From the NCBI GenBank assembly GCA_032986305.1, contig GCA_032986305.1_3672.1: a DNA stretch of 64,000 nt; one strand, written 5' to 3'. The stretch is from a phage. The position numbers and the translations under genes were made by a program. Of the stretch, positions 47,677-56,759 are shown piece after piece; position 1 is the stretch's first letter; every line of letters starts with the position of its first letter. The notes beneath the pieces were generated by a model, which saw nothing but the letters and a program-made list of their open reading frames with translations, had not been told where the DNA came from and made no database searches.

Positions 47677-49988
47677 TCACCAAGGTAATTAAAAGCAACG
47701 GATGTGAAGTGGCATTCGACCCAGAACGTTTAAATAAGGCAGCTATTTTCGGTGACGACGGTAACGGCAATTGGTCACACATTGCACTGGATGCATACAA
47801 ACGACTGTATGATGGATGTACAACCAAAGAAGTTAACCAAGCTATCATAGACTCCTGTGTTAGCCGTAAAGACGAAGCACATTCCCGTATGGCTGGTCGT
47901 GTTCTTATTGGTCAGATTTATAAAGAGGCTTTTGGAGGGTTTACAAAGATCCCTTCCTTACCATCATTTTACAACGACATGGTTGAGAAAGGGTATTGGG
48001 AGGATATGGGTTATAGCTTTACCGAGCTAAATACTTTAGACGCTGTTATTGACCACAGCAAAGATCTCGGTTACGGCTATGCAGTCCTTAAACAGTTTCG
48101 CGACAAATACGGGATCAAGGATACTCTTAAAGACACCCTGTTTGAATCTCCCCAGATGATGTTTATGGGGATAGCAATGGCTGTCATGAAGAATATGCCG
48201 AAAGAACGTCGTATCAACGATGTTGTAAAATTATACACTTATCTGTCCGACTTAAAGATCAATGCTCCGACACCGTACTTAAACGGGCTGCGCACAGGTA
48301 AGACAGGGTATGCATCTTGTTGTGTAATAAAAGCGGATGATACAGCAAAATCTATTGGTGTGGCACGTGAAGTTGCGTACACAATGACGGTTAACCAAGC
48401 AGGTATCGGCTACTATTTATCATCAAGATCTGCAGGCGATGGTGTTCGTGGTAACACTATTAAACACATGGGTAAGATTCCATATTATCGAGGTATTGAT
48501 GCTGGGGTTAAGGAGAACAGACAACAATCGCGTGGCGGTTCTGCAACAGTATCATTCCTTGCACTAGACCCGCAGATTGATGAGCTAATCCGTTTGAGAA
48601 ACCCTATGACTGTTGCTTCAAAAAGAATCAACACCATGGACTACTCTATAGGTATTAATAGGTCGTTTATCAACCGTGTGGCTAAGAATTTAGATTGGAT
48701 GCTTGTTTCTTATAAGCACGCTCCTCAACTGCATGAAGGTATCTTCACCATGTCTATGGAGGAGTTTGATGCAGAGGTTGATCGTATCGCTAAAGATGAC
48801 AGTATTCCTAAAACATGGATCCGAGCTAGAGATCTTGCTGTTGAGCTGATCACGCAGCGTACCGAAGTGGGGAGGCTGTACGTATACTGGACAGATGAGA
48901 TGAATAGACATACACCTTTTAAAGATGTGATCTACTCAAGTAACCTGTGTGCAGAAATAGCCCTCCCGACAAAAGGCTATTCAGATATGCGTAATATCTT
49001 CAAGTACGATGCTGATGATGGCGAGGTTGCATTGTGCTTCCTGTCATCTCTTGTAGCTGGAAGGGTTACCCCAGAGGAGTATGAGGATGTTGCATACTAC
49101 ACGGTGCTTATGATTGACAATGTTATGGAAATCATGACATATCCGTATGAAAATATGGAGAGCACTGTTAAAAAACGCAGATCCATCGGGGTTGGCCTTA
49201 CCAATGTTGCACATTTTATTGCCAGCCACAAGGTTACTTACGGATCTCCTGAAAGTAAACAGCTTGTTCACGATCTTGCAGAACTTCACAGCTACAGCTT
49301 GCATAAGGCAAGTTTACGGTTGGCAAAAGAGCGTGGTGTCTGCGAGTGGATGCATAAAACAAAATATCCAGAAGGTTGGTTACCAATCGACACCTATAAC
49401 AAAGAGGTAGATAGCGTGGTGAAAGATCCTTCTCTTAAACAGGATTGGGAAGGGTTACGTAAAGAAATCATTGAAAATGGTGGGCTACGTAATAGCGTTC
49501 TTGAAGCATATATGCCTAATGAAAGCTCTTCGCTGGCAACAAACACCACTAATGGGGTTTATCCTGTCCGTGAGCACATTATCTTTAAAAAATCGCCACA
49601 AGGGCAGGTGCTGTTTATCGTTCCTGACTATGATGAGTTGAAAGAGTATTACACCTCGGCTTGGGACGTTGATACTAACGACATGATCGATATGTATGCT
49701 GTGATTCAAAAATTCACAGGTCAGGCAATCAGCGCGGATTTATACATAGACTACACCAAGTTGAAAGATGGTAAAATTTCAATGAAGGAGCAGCTAGGGT
49801 ACCTTATCCGTGCCACTAAATTCGGGATGAAGACATGGTATTATTTAAACTCTAGGGTTGGTGCTGGTGACTCCTTGGCAGAGGAACTTCATGCCAAGAA
49901 ACAGGCTGAAGATGAAACCAGAAAGAACTACCCTTTGATTGCAGATAGTTCAGTTGAAGATCCGTATTGCGAAAGCTGTGCACTATAA
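47673..49988 (+). CDS. nrdA: ribonucleotide reductase class Ia large subunit NrdA
   Basis: 771 aa; active-site motif SNLCAEIALP, C-terminal redox cysteine pair YCESCAL. Confidence 0.85.
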   Translation: MITKVIKSNGCEVAFDPERLNKAAIFGDDGNGNWSHIALDAYKRLYDGCTTKEVNQAIIDSCVSRKDEAHSRMAGRVLIGQIYKEAFGGFTKIPSLPSFYNDMVEKGYWEDMGYSFTELNTLDAVIDHSKDLGYGYAVLKQFRDKYGIKDTLKDTLFESPQMMFMGIAMAVMKNMPKERRINDVVKLYTYLSDLKINAPTPYLNGLRTGKTGYASCCVIKADDTAKSIGVAREVAYTMTVNQAGIGYYLSSRSAGDGVRGNTIKHMGKIPYYRGIDAGVKENRQQSRGGSATVSFLALDPQIDELIRLRNPMTVASKRINTMDYSIGINRSFINRVAKNLDWMLVSYKHAPQLHEGIFTMSMEEFDAEVDRIAKDDSIPKTWIRARDLAVELITQRTEVGRLYVYWTDEMNRHTPFKDVIYSSNLCAEIALPTKGYSDMRNIFKYDADDGEVALCFLSSLVAGRVTPEEYEDVAYYTVLMIDNVMEIMTYPYENMESTVKKRRSIGVGLTNVAHFIASHKVTYGSPESKQLVHDLAELHSYSLHKASLRLAKERGVCEWMHKTKYPEGWLPIDTYNKEVDSVVKDPSLKQDWEGLRKEIIENGGLRNSVLEAYMPNESSSLATNTTNGVYPVREHIIFKKSPQGQVLFIVPDYDELKEYYTSAWDVDTNDMIDMYAVIQKFTGQAISADLYIDYTKLKDGKISMKEQLGYLIRATKFGMKTWYYLNSRVGAGDSLAEELHAKKQAEDETRKNYPLIADSSVEDPYCESCAL

Positions 49989-50026
49989 TTTTAAAGGGGC
50001 TTCGGCCCCATTTTAGAGGTAGAATA

Positions 50027-51115
50027 ATGGCTGTATTTAATGCTGAGAACACCGCTCATAAAACTGGTGACTATCCGCTGTTTCTGGGACAGCAAATGGG
50101 TATGTACGACTCTATCAACAAAAAATATCCACAACTGTTCGAACTGTACAAAAAACAAAAAGAACAAGACTGGGCAGAGGATGAAGTGGATTTGTCGCAA
50201 TCTATTTCAGATTTTGTAACATGCTCCAAGTCAACTTATGATGTGATGGTGCAGACCTTGATGTGGCAATGGGAGGCTGATAGCGTTGCGGCAAGATCGA
50301 TCATCTGCCTCTTTTCACCATTCATCACTAATAGTGAGCTTTTCACTCTATTGATGAAACAGTCAGAGATTGAAGTTCTTCACGCGCTAACTTACTCAGA
50401 GATTGTTAGACAATGCCTCCCCAATGCCCGTGAGATTATAGAAGAGATTCAGGAAAACCAAAACGTTCTGAGCAGATCTGGCGTTATTGTCAAATACATG
50501 CAAGAGCTTGAGGTTATTGGTGCAAAATACCGACTGGATCCTTCTAGTGTTGAAGAAGATATTGTGCGGAAATGCATTCTTAGAGCGCTTTTTGCACTTT
50601 TAGCCCTGGAAAGTATTGAGTTTATTGCAAGTTTTGCATGCACTTTCGCAGTAGCTGAACAGGGTATTTTTGTTCAGGTGGCGCAGCTTGTTCAAAAAAT
50701 CATGCTTGACGAAATGCTACATTCGAAAGGTGATTTTGCCATCATTGATATCCTGCTTAATGATCCGGCATGGGAGAAAAGCTTCCTTGAGATAAAAGGG
50801 GAGTTAAAAGAGATTCTTGATGAAGTACGAACCAAAGAGTACGGTTGGAGTGACTATATTTTCAGCGAAGGAAGAGCGATTATAGGTCTTAACTCACCAT
50901 TGCTTAAAGAATGGGTTGACTATAACTGCTCACCGATTTATGATTACTACGGCATCGACAAAGACTTTGTGCCGCCAACAAAGGACCCTCTACCGTTTAT
51001 GCAGGTGTGGATGAAACCTTCATTGCAACAGACGGCGAACCAAGAAATGTCGAACACTGACTACCGCGTCAACACAACTGTTAATGACGCTGAAGAAGAA
51101 ATTTGGGAGTTTTAA
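50027..51115 (+). CDS. nrdB: ribonucleotide reductase small subunit NrdB
   Basis: immediately downstream of nrdA; ~360 aa; start ATG with GAGG RBS. Confidence 0.75.
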   Translation: MAVFNAENTAHKTGDYPLFLGQQMGMYDSINKKYPQLFELYKKQKEQDWAEDEVDLSQSISDFVTCSKSTYDVMVQTLMWQWEADSVAARSIICLFSPFITNSELFTLLMKQSEIEVLHALTYSEIVRQCLPNAREIIEEIQENQNVLSRSGVIVKYMQELEVIGAKYRLDPSSVEEDIVRKCILRALFALLALESIEFIASFACTFAVAEQGIFVQVAQLVQKIMLDEMLHSKGDFAIIDILLNDPAWEKSFLEIKGELKEILDEVRTKEYGWSDYIFSEGRAIIGLNSPLLKEWVDYNCSPIYDYYGIDKDFVPPTKDPLPFMQVWMKPSLQQTANQEMSNTDYRVNTTVNDAEEEIWEF

Positions 51116-51118
51116 TAC

Positions 51119-51397
51119 ATGAGCTGTGAAAAATCTTTTTTCTTTATTATTTACGGTAAAGATAACTGCCCACATTGTGTAAGAGCAAAAGAATTTGCAG
51201 TCAGTAAAGGTCTGCCTTTTGTATATAAGACACTTGGCGAGGGTTACACAAAAGAAGAGCTTATTGAGAAGTGCAGTCCAATCGTACCCAGAACGTTGCC
51301 GCAGATCTTCTTAGAAAGCAATCTTGAAAGTGCCCATATAGGCGGTGCCGACGATTTCATCTCTTTTGTTAAGAATGGTTTTGGAGAGAAAAAGTGA
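51119..51397 (+). CDS. glutaredoxin/NrdH-like redoxin
   Basis: CPHC active-site motif (..YGKDNCPHCVRAKEF..). Confidence 0.7.
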   Translation: MSCEKSFFFIIYGKDNCPHCVRAKEFAVSKGLPFVYKTLGEGYTKEELIEKCSPIVPRTLPQIFLESNLESAHIGGADDFISFVKNGFGEKK

Positions 51398-52254
51398 AAG
51401 TTGTAAAACGGGACGGTAGAGAAGAGGTCTATAACGGAATTAAGGTGATCAAGGCGGCAGAGTCCGCCTTACTTGAGTCTGGACATACTGAAGAAGAAGC
51501 TTACCGGATCGCCTGCGCGGTTAATGAAGTTGTTGCTAACAATCTACCAACCGACCAGTGCACGATCTCTGTAAAAAATATCCATATCCTTGTTGAAGAC
51601 GCTCTTATGGATATGGGTTTAAAATGTGCAGCCAGAGAATACATCCAGTATAGGCAGACAAGAGATAATAACAGAGAGGCAGGTGGAAAACTGCTTGCAG
51701 ATATTAGTGGCTTCTTGGATCGCACTTGTGATGAATTTACAAAAGAAAACGCAAATAAGCCTACCAATCATGTACACACTCATCGTGACCTGCTTGCAGG
51801 CATCCTTAGCAAACACCTTGCATCAACACAGATCCTGCCAGACCGTGTCTCAGAAGAGCACAATAAAGGCTTCATCCATGTGCATGATCTTGACTACTTG
51901 ATCAGTCCGTTAACAAACTGTTGTTTGGTAAATTATCCAGATATGTTGGAAAACGGATTCAACATTGGTAACGCCCATGTCAGTAAGCCGAAGTCAATAG
52001 GGGTTGCAACAACAATCCTTAGCCAAATTTCTAGTGCAGTAGCTAGTGCTCAGTATGGGGGTCAGACTATGAGCCATATTGATCATTATCTGGCACAGTA
52101 TGCTGAGGCGACCTATGAGAAGAATCTTAAATTTTGCCAGGAACACTGGTTGCCAGATGCTGAGACTGTTGCAATGCAAATGACAGATAAAGACGTATTT
52201 GACAGCATGCAGACTTTGCTCTATCAAATCAATACGTTAACCTCTGTCAACGGT
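51394..52254 (+). CDS. nrdD: anaerobic ribonucleotide reductase NrdD, exon 1 (GTG start)
   Basis: N-terminal ATP-cone-like MKVVKRDGREEVYNG..; reading frame continues into exons 2 and 3 after intron removal. Confidence 0.7.
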
Positions 52255-52568
52255 TAACAAACTGGCCGTTTTAAAACTCTGCTAACCTCAGTATGAGGGG
52301 TCAGCTGATCGCTGGCTAACGGGGAACGCTAAGGCGAAAGCTATGCCAATCCCGTGACTAGCTTCACAAGGAGTGAGGCGGTTGTAACGACTAACCTTTT
52401 GGTGTAGGGATTATGGAAGATTCCGAAACGCAGAGGTCTGATTAAGAATCACACGGTGTGATTTCAGGCAAGAGATAGTCTGGCCTTGTGGAAACATAAG
52501 GGTGGGGACCGCAAACCCCTTTTATCACATTAAGTTTAGGTCTGGACACCTCAGTATTTGGTAGAATG
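52255..52568 (+). mobile_element. group I intron 1 in nrdD (ORF-less, ~314 nt)
   Basis: non-coding insertion between in-frame nrdD segments; R-like AACGACTAACC (52386-52396), S-like AGATAGTC (52473-52480); 5' exon ends in GGT, intron ends AATG; homologous to the other two introns. Confidence 0.55.
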
Positions 52569-52811
52569 ATTACCAAAAACTACTTGAAAGTCCACAAAAT
52601 GGGTCTTGGTGAAGAATGTATCACACCTGTGTTCCCTAAAGTGCTGTTCTTCCTAGAAGAGGGTGTCAACATGAACCCTGGAGATCCTAACTATGATTTG
52701 AAACGTTTAGCTCTGGAATGCTCTGCAGAGCGGATTTATCCTGACTTTGTTTCTGTTCCACTAAATCGTAAAGTGACAGGCTCGACAGATGGCAAAGTAA
52801 CGAGCATGGGT
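52569..52811 (+). CDS. nrdD: NrdD exon 2
   Basis: encodes ..VFPKVLFFLEEGVNMNPGDPNYDLKRLALECSAERIYPDF.. matching recalled class III RNR sequence; ends in GGT before intron 2. Confidence 0.6.
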
Positions 52812-53573
52812 AAACTATAACTGCTCATGTAAAATCTATCTAAACGGGGAAACTCCAGAACGGACAATCCCGTGCTAAACGTAACAGAACTCCTGACCAA
52901 GAGGAGTCCTGAAATGAGAAAACAAATTCGTGATTTTGAAGGTTATGAAATTGACGAGATGGGCAATGTTTATTGCACCCGCTACGAAAATGAAAGAATT
53001 ATTCATTCGTGGGAAGAGATAAACACAGGTTACCGTCTTGTTAGGATACGCAAGAACAAAAAGACTGTTTGCCTAAGGGTTCACAGACTTGTTGCTGAAG
53101 CGTTCTTACCAAATCCAGACAATTTACCCTATGTTAAGCACAAAGGGGACAACAGGAAAGATAACAGTGTATACAACCTTGAGTGGGGAGCTTGCCCAGA
53201 CAATACGCAAGAAGGATACAACAACAACTGTTATGCTTTTTACACAAGATGCCACGGTGTGAAAGCCACCAACAAATTAACTGGTGAGGTTTTCCACTTT
53301 AAAAGTCTGAGATGTTGTGCTGATGTTTTAGGAGTGGATAGAAAAAGAATATCTGCTATCCTGAAACGTGGTGCGCCTAATAACTATGATTACGAGTTCT
53401 GTTACGAAATGCCTAACGACTAACCGTGATGAATGTAGCGGTGTAGGGTGTAAGCCGATGACACTCGAAATGGTAGACACACTAAGTGTGAAGATATAGT
53501 CTGATCTGCATGGGAACATGCAGCAGCACGTAAAGGTGCGGGGGTGGACTTGCGAACCACCCTGAACATAATG
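52812..53573 (+). mobile_element. group I intron 2 in nrdD, carrying an HNH homing endonuclease ORF
   Basis: R-like AACGACTAACC (53415-53425), S-like AAGATATAGTC (53491-53501); 3' core near-identical to terminase intron; exons rejoin as ..TSMG|CRSFL.. Confidence 0.65.
52915..53423 (+). CDS. HNH homing endonuclease (intron-encoded)
   Basis: GAGGAG RBS; motif ..RVHRLVAEAFLPNPDNLPYVKHKGDNRKDNSVYNLEW..; stop codon lies inside the intron R element. Confidence 0.7.
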
Positions 53574-54536
53574 TGTAGAAGTTTCTTATCGAAATATAGC
53601 GACCCTGTAACAGGCGAGGAGAAATACCTTGGCAGATTTAACTTAGGCGTTGTTAGCCTTAACCTGCCAATGATTGCGGCAAAAGCCAAGACGGAAGGTG
53701 TTGATTTCTTTGCAGTTCTTGACGAATACTTGGATCTTGCATACGAGGCTCACCTTGTAAGGGTTAATCGTCTAAAAGGAACAAAGGCAGGGCAGAACCC
53801 CATCATGTGGTGTGAAGGCGCTCTTGCTCGCCTGGATCCTGAAGAGAGTGTTGATAAACTCTTCTATGACGGGTACGCTTCCATCAGTATTGGGTATATT
53901 GGTGTGTATGAAACCTGTCAGATTTTGGGTAGAGAGGGTGACAAGGCTTTAGCTCTTGGAATCCTTCAGCACATGAGAGATGCTTGTGAGCGATACAAGA
54001 AGGAAAGTAGACTAGCGTTTAGCTTGTACGGCACTCCTTCTGAGAGTCTATGCTATAAAGCTGCAACCTGTCTGGATCGTGAATATCCGGAAGTGTTGAA
54101 GCACGAGCATGAATATCTCACCAACAGTTTCCATCAGCCAGTATGGATAAATAGCTCTCCTTTTGATAAGTGGGAGTATGAGGAAGGTTTTGCTATGATC
54201 TCCTCTGGTGGCAACATCGGATACGTAGAAACACCTAACCTGAAAAACAACCTGGATGCTTTAGAGGCTCTTGTTGACTTCGGGTATAAACATATTATGT
54301 ACTTCGGTATAAACCAGCCTGTTGACCAATGCTTCAAGTGCGGTTTCCAGGGAGAATTTAAAGCCTCTCCAAGAGGTTTTATATGCCCTTGTTGTGGAAA
54401 CCATGAGGAGGGAACGATCAGTGTAATTAGACGTGTGTCTGGATACCTTTCCAGTCCTAACTCCCGTCCTTACAATAAAGGTAAGCAAGCGGAAGTTATA
54501 GAACGGGTTAAGCACTATGGAAGTTGTAGTTGCTGA
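53574..54536 (+). CDS. nrdD: NrdD exon 3 (glycyl-radical C-terminal part)
   Basis: CRSFL..GRFNLGVVSLNLPMIA, C-terminal Cys cluster CFKCG..CPCCG and glycyl-radical-like RRVSGYL. Confidence 0.7.
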   Translation, partial: CRSFLSKYSDPVTGEEKYLGRFNLGVVSLNLPMIAAKAKTEGVDFFAVLDEYLDLAYEAHLVRVNRLKGTKAGQNPIMWCEGALARLDPEESVDKLFYDGYASISIGYIGVYETCQILGREGDKALALGILQHMRDACERYKKESRLAFSLYGTPSESLCYKAATCLDREYPEVLKHEHEYLTNSFHQPVWINSSPFDKWEYEEGFAMISSGGNIGYVETPNLKNNLDALEALVDFGYKHIMYFGINQPVDQCFKCGFQGEFKASPRGFICPCCGNHEEGTISVIRRVSGYLSSPNSRPYNKGKQAEVIERVKHYGSCSC

Positions 54537-54539
54537 TAC

Positions 54540-54569
54540 TTGACAGAAGCCACAAGGATGTGGCATACT
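54540..54569 (+). promoter_or_regulatory. sigma70-like promoter
   Basis: TTGACA-N18-CATACT. Confidence 0.4.
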
Positions 54570-54602
54570 TGGCTAATCTATGAGAACCAAGAGGGATCAA
54601 AG

Positions 54603-55559
54603 ATGCCTAGAGGAAAACAACTTACAACTGAAGAATTTACAAAAAGAGCTAGAGAAGTACATGGCGATAAATATGACTATTCAAAAACCGTATATAAAAC
54701 TGCTAAAAGTAAGGTTGTAATTGTATGCCCTGTTCATGGTGAGTTTACGCAGATCGCTGGACATCATATCCTTGACGGTAGTGGGTGTCCTAAGTGTGGT
54801 AGAGTGCCAGTAGGCAATAAGCTTAGAAACGATTCTAGTGATATTATCAAAAAATTTGTAAAAATCCACGGTGACACCTATGATTATTCTAAGGTTGAAT
54901 ATGTTAACTATAAAACTCCTGTAAAAATTGTATGCCCTGAGCACGGAGTGTTCTTGCAATCCCCATCTAACCATTTGAAAGGCCAAGGGTGCCCTGAGTG
55001 TAGTAAACTCATTAGCGCAGCAAAAAGGAATAAAGGCCCTGAATTCATAGAAAGAGCCAAAGAAATCCATGGCGATAAATATGACTACTCTTTTGTAGAT
55101 TATATGACTTGCGAAGATAAGGTAGAGATAATCTGCAACACTTGTGGAAATCACTTCACCCAGACACCTTCTTGCCACCTGTCTGGTCGTGGATGCCCTA
55201 AATGTGCCAAAAACGGTTTCTTATCTCACAACTATGGGAAGCTTTACCTCATGGTTGATAACTTAGAAGCGCCAACACTTATGAAGATTGGTGTGAGCGT
55301 CAATGTAGAAGCGAGGAAGGGAAGGATATTAAGAGCATCCAAGAAGGCTGGTGCAGGTATTTATGATCTCCACATAGTAAAAACATGGGGCGGATCGACT
55401 GAAAACATGCTGAGTGTAGAAAAATCTGTGCATGAAGCCTTCAATAAGTATAAAATAAACTTCTCTAAAGTATTTAGTGGAAGCACTGAATTCTTTCACT
55501 ACAGACCTGAAGTGTTTAGCATAGTGGAAGCAGTATACAAAGAGATCTGTGGTAAATGA
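54603..55559 (+). CDS. free-standing homing-endonuclease-like protein: three zinc-finger repeats plus C-terminal T5orf172/GIY-YIG-related domain (tentative)
   Basis: three repeats of HGDKYDYS..C(P)..HG.F..H..G.GCP.C; C-terminal ..GKLYLMVDN..KIGVS..HIV..; between nrdD and nrdG. Confidence 0.45.
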   Translation: MPRGKQLTTEEFTKRAREVHGDKYDYSKTVYKTAKSKVVIVCPVHGEFTQIAGHHILDGSGCPKCGRVPVGNKLRNDSSDIIKKFVKIHGDTYDYSKVEYVNYKTPVKIVCPEHGVFLQSPSNHLKGQGCPECSKLISAAKRNKGPEFIERAKEIHGDKYDYSFVDYMTCEDKVEIICNTCGNHFTQTPSCHLSGRGCPKCAKNGFLSHNYGKLYLMVDNLEAPTLMKIGVSVNVEARKGRILRASKKAGAGIYDLHIVKTWGGSTENMLSVEKSVHEAFNKYKINFSKVFSGSTEFFHYRPEVFSIVEAVYKEICGK

Positions 55560-55611
55560 TCGTAGAAAGATACACATGTCTTAAATATGCTATTAACTAA
55601 GGAGGTGCAGT

Positions 55612-55728
55612 ATGTCATCGGGTATCTATAAAATCTGCAAGTGCGGTTGTCATTGTAATCTTCGTTGGTGCAAGGCACTGGACGATTTTATTTGGCATTG
55701 CCCTAAATGTGATGCGGAGTATCTATGA
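55612..55728 (+). CDS. small Cys-rich (zinc-ribbon-like) protein, 38 aa
   Basis: AAGGAGGTG RBS; MSSGIYKICKCGCHCNLRWCKALDDFIWHCPKCDAEYL; ATGA overlap with nrdG start; below ORF-track size cutoff. Confidence 0.4.
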   Translation: MSSGIYKICKCGCHCNLRWCKALDDFIWHCPKCDAEYL

Positions 55729-56198
55729 ATATTGCCGGATACACAGAAATATCTTACACCGAAGGGCCAGGTATTAGAACTGCCTTATGGGTATCTGGGT
55801 GCCCACACGCTTGCCCTGGTTGCTTTAATCAGGCATTTTGGTCAAAAGATAAGGGGAGAGAGTTTACTGAAGAAGACTTGCAAAAAATCTTGTCAGATTT
55901 AGATAACCCGTCTGTGTGCGGTATCTCTCTGCTGGGTGGAGAACCCTTAGCATACTATAATGAGCCAGATATTATTAGCCTGATGGAGAAAATTAAGGAA
56001 AAATTTGGTGACAAGAAAACTATTCTTGTATATACTGGGTTCACATTTGACCATATCTCTAGTGATGTTCTTAAACTGGCTGATATCATCATTGACGGTA
56101 AGTATGTAAAAGATTTACCAACCAAGAAACCGTTCCGAGGTAGTGATAACCAAAGAATGTTTAAAAAAGTATCAGGCGGTTGGGTTCAGGTAGACTAG
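55725..56198 (+). CDS. nrdG: anaerobic ribonucleotide reductase activating protein NrdG (radical SAM)
   Basis: 157 aa; N-terminal Cys cluster ..WVSGCPHACPGCFN..; adjacent to nrdD. Confidence 0.65.
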   Translation: MNIAGYTEISYTEGPGIRTALWVSGCPHACPGCFNQAFWSKDKGREFTEEDLQKILSDLDNPSVCGISLLGGEPLAYYNEPDIISLMEKIKEKFGDKKTILVYTGFTFDHISSDVLKLADIIIDGKYVKDLPTKKPFRGSDNQRMFKKVSGGWVQVD

Positions 56199-56201
56199 TT
56201 G

Positions 56202-56231
56202 TTGACAAAGCTTTGTTAAGTTGGTTATAAT
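56202..56231 (+). promoter_or_regulatory. sigma70-like promoter
   Basis: TTGACA-N18-TATAAT. Confidence 0.5.
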
Positions 56232-56260
56232 TGTCGTAATGAAAGCAGAGGAGGTGCCAA

Positions 56261-56374
56261 ATGGCTAAAAAAGCCTTGAAGAAGGCGTACAAGAAAGAGA
56301 TTGCGCTTGAGCTTAAGAAAAAACACAAGCGTGAAAAGAAACATCATGAGGATGAAGAGGGGGTGCAACAGTGA
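56261..56374 (+). CDS. small highly basic protein, 37 aa
   Basis: GAGGAGG RBS then MAKKALKKAYKKEIALELKKKHKREKKHHEDEEGVQQ; below ORF-track cutoff. Confidence 0.35.
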   Translation: MAKKALKKAYKKEIALELKKKHKREKKHHEDEEGVQQ

Positions 56375-56721
56375 CACAAGAACGTATCGATTTGGCTAAT
56401 AAGTTTGTAGATCTCATTTTGCCACGGTTAGTTACTCAACATGCAGACGCTATTTCTACTAATCTTGATGGCTTACGCCTAATGCTGAATCGCACAGATG
56501 ACCCTCGTATTCGGGCTGATTTAGAAGCCTCTGCCAACAAACTGGAAAAGTTCTTGCAAGTAGATACGCAAGAGGCCTTACACAAGATTATGGTGGAAGG
56601 TTTCTCTAAAGAATTTACCATTAAAGAGCTTAAGGAGCTGATCCACCAAGAAGAGATGAATATCCGAGTTCAGGCTGTTGCAAGCAGCATGGAAGCGGCT
56701 ATTGAAAAACTGTTGCAGTAA
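56371..56721 (+). CDS. hypothetical protein (116 aa, GTG start)
   Basis: ORF overlapping upstream stop. Confidence 0.3.
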   Translation: MTQERIDLANKFVDLILPRLVTQHADAISTNLDGLRLMLNRTDDPRIRADLEASANKLEKFLQVDTQEALHKIMVEGFSKEFTIKELKELIHQEEMNIRVQAVASSMEAAIEKLLQ

Positions 56722-56759
56722 AAGTGCTTGGTACATCTCAATCTGAAAGGAGTCCCAAC

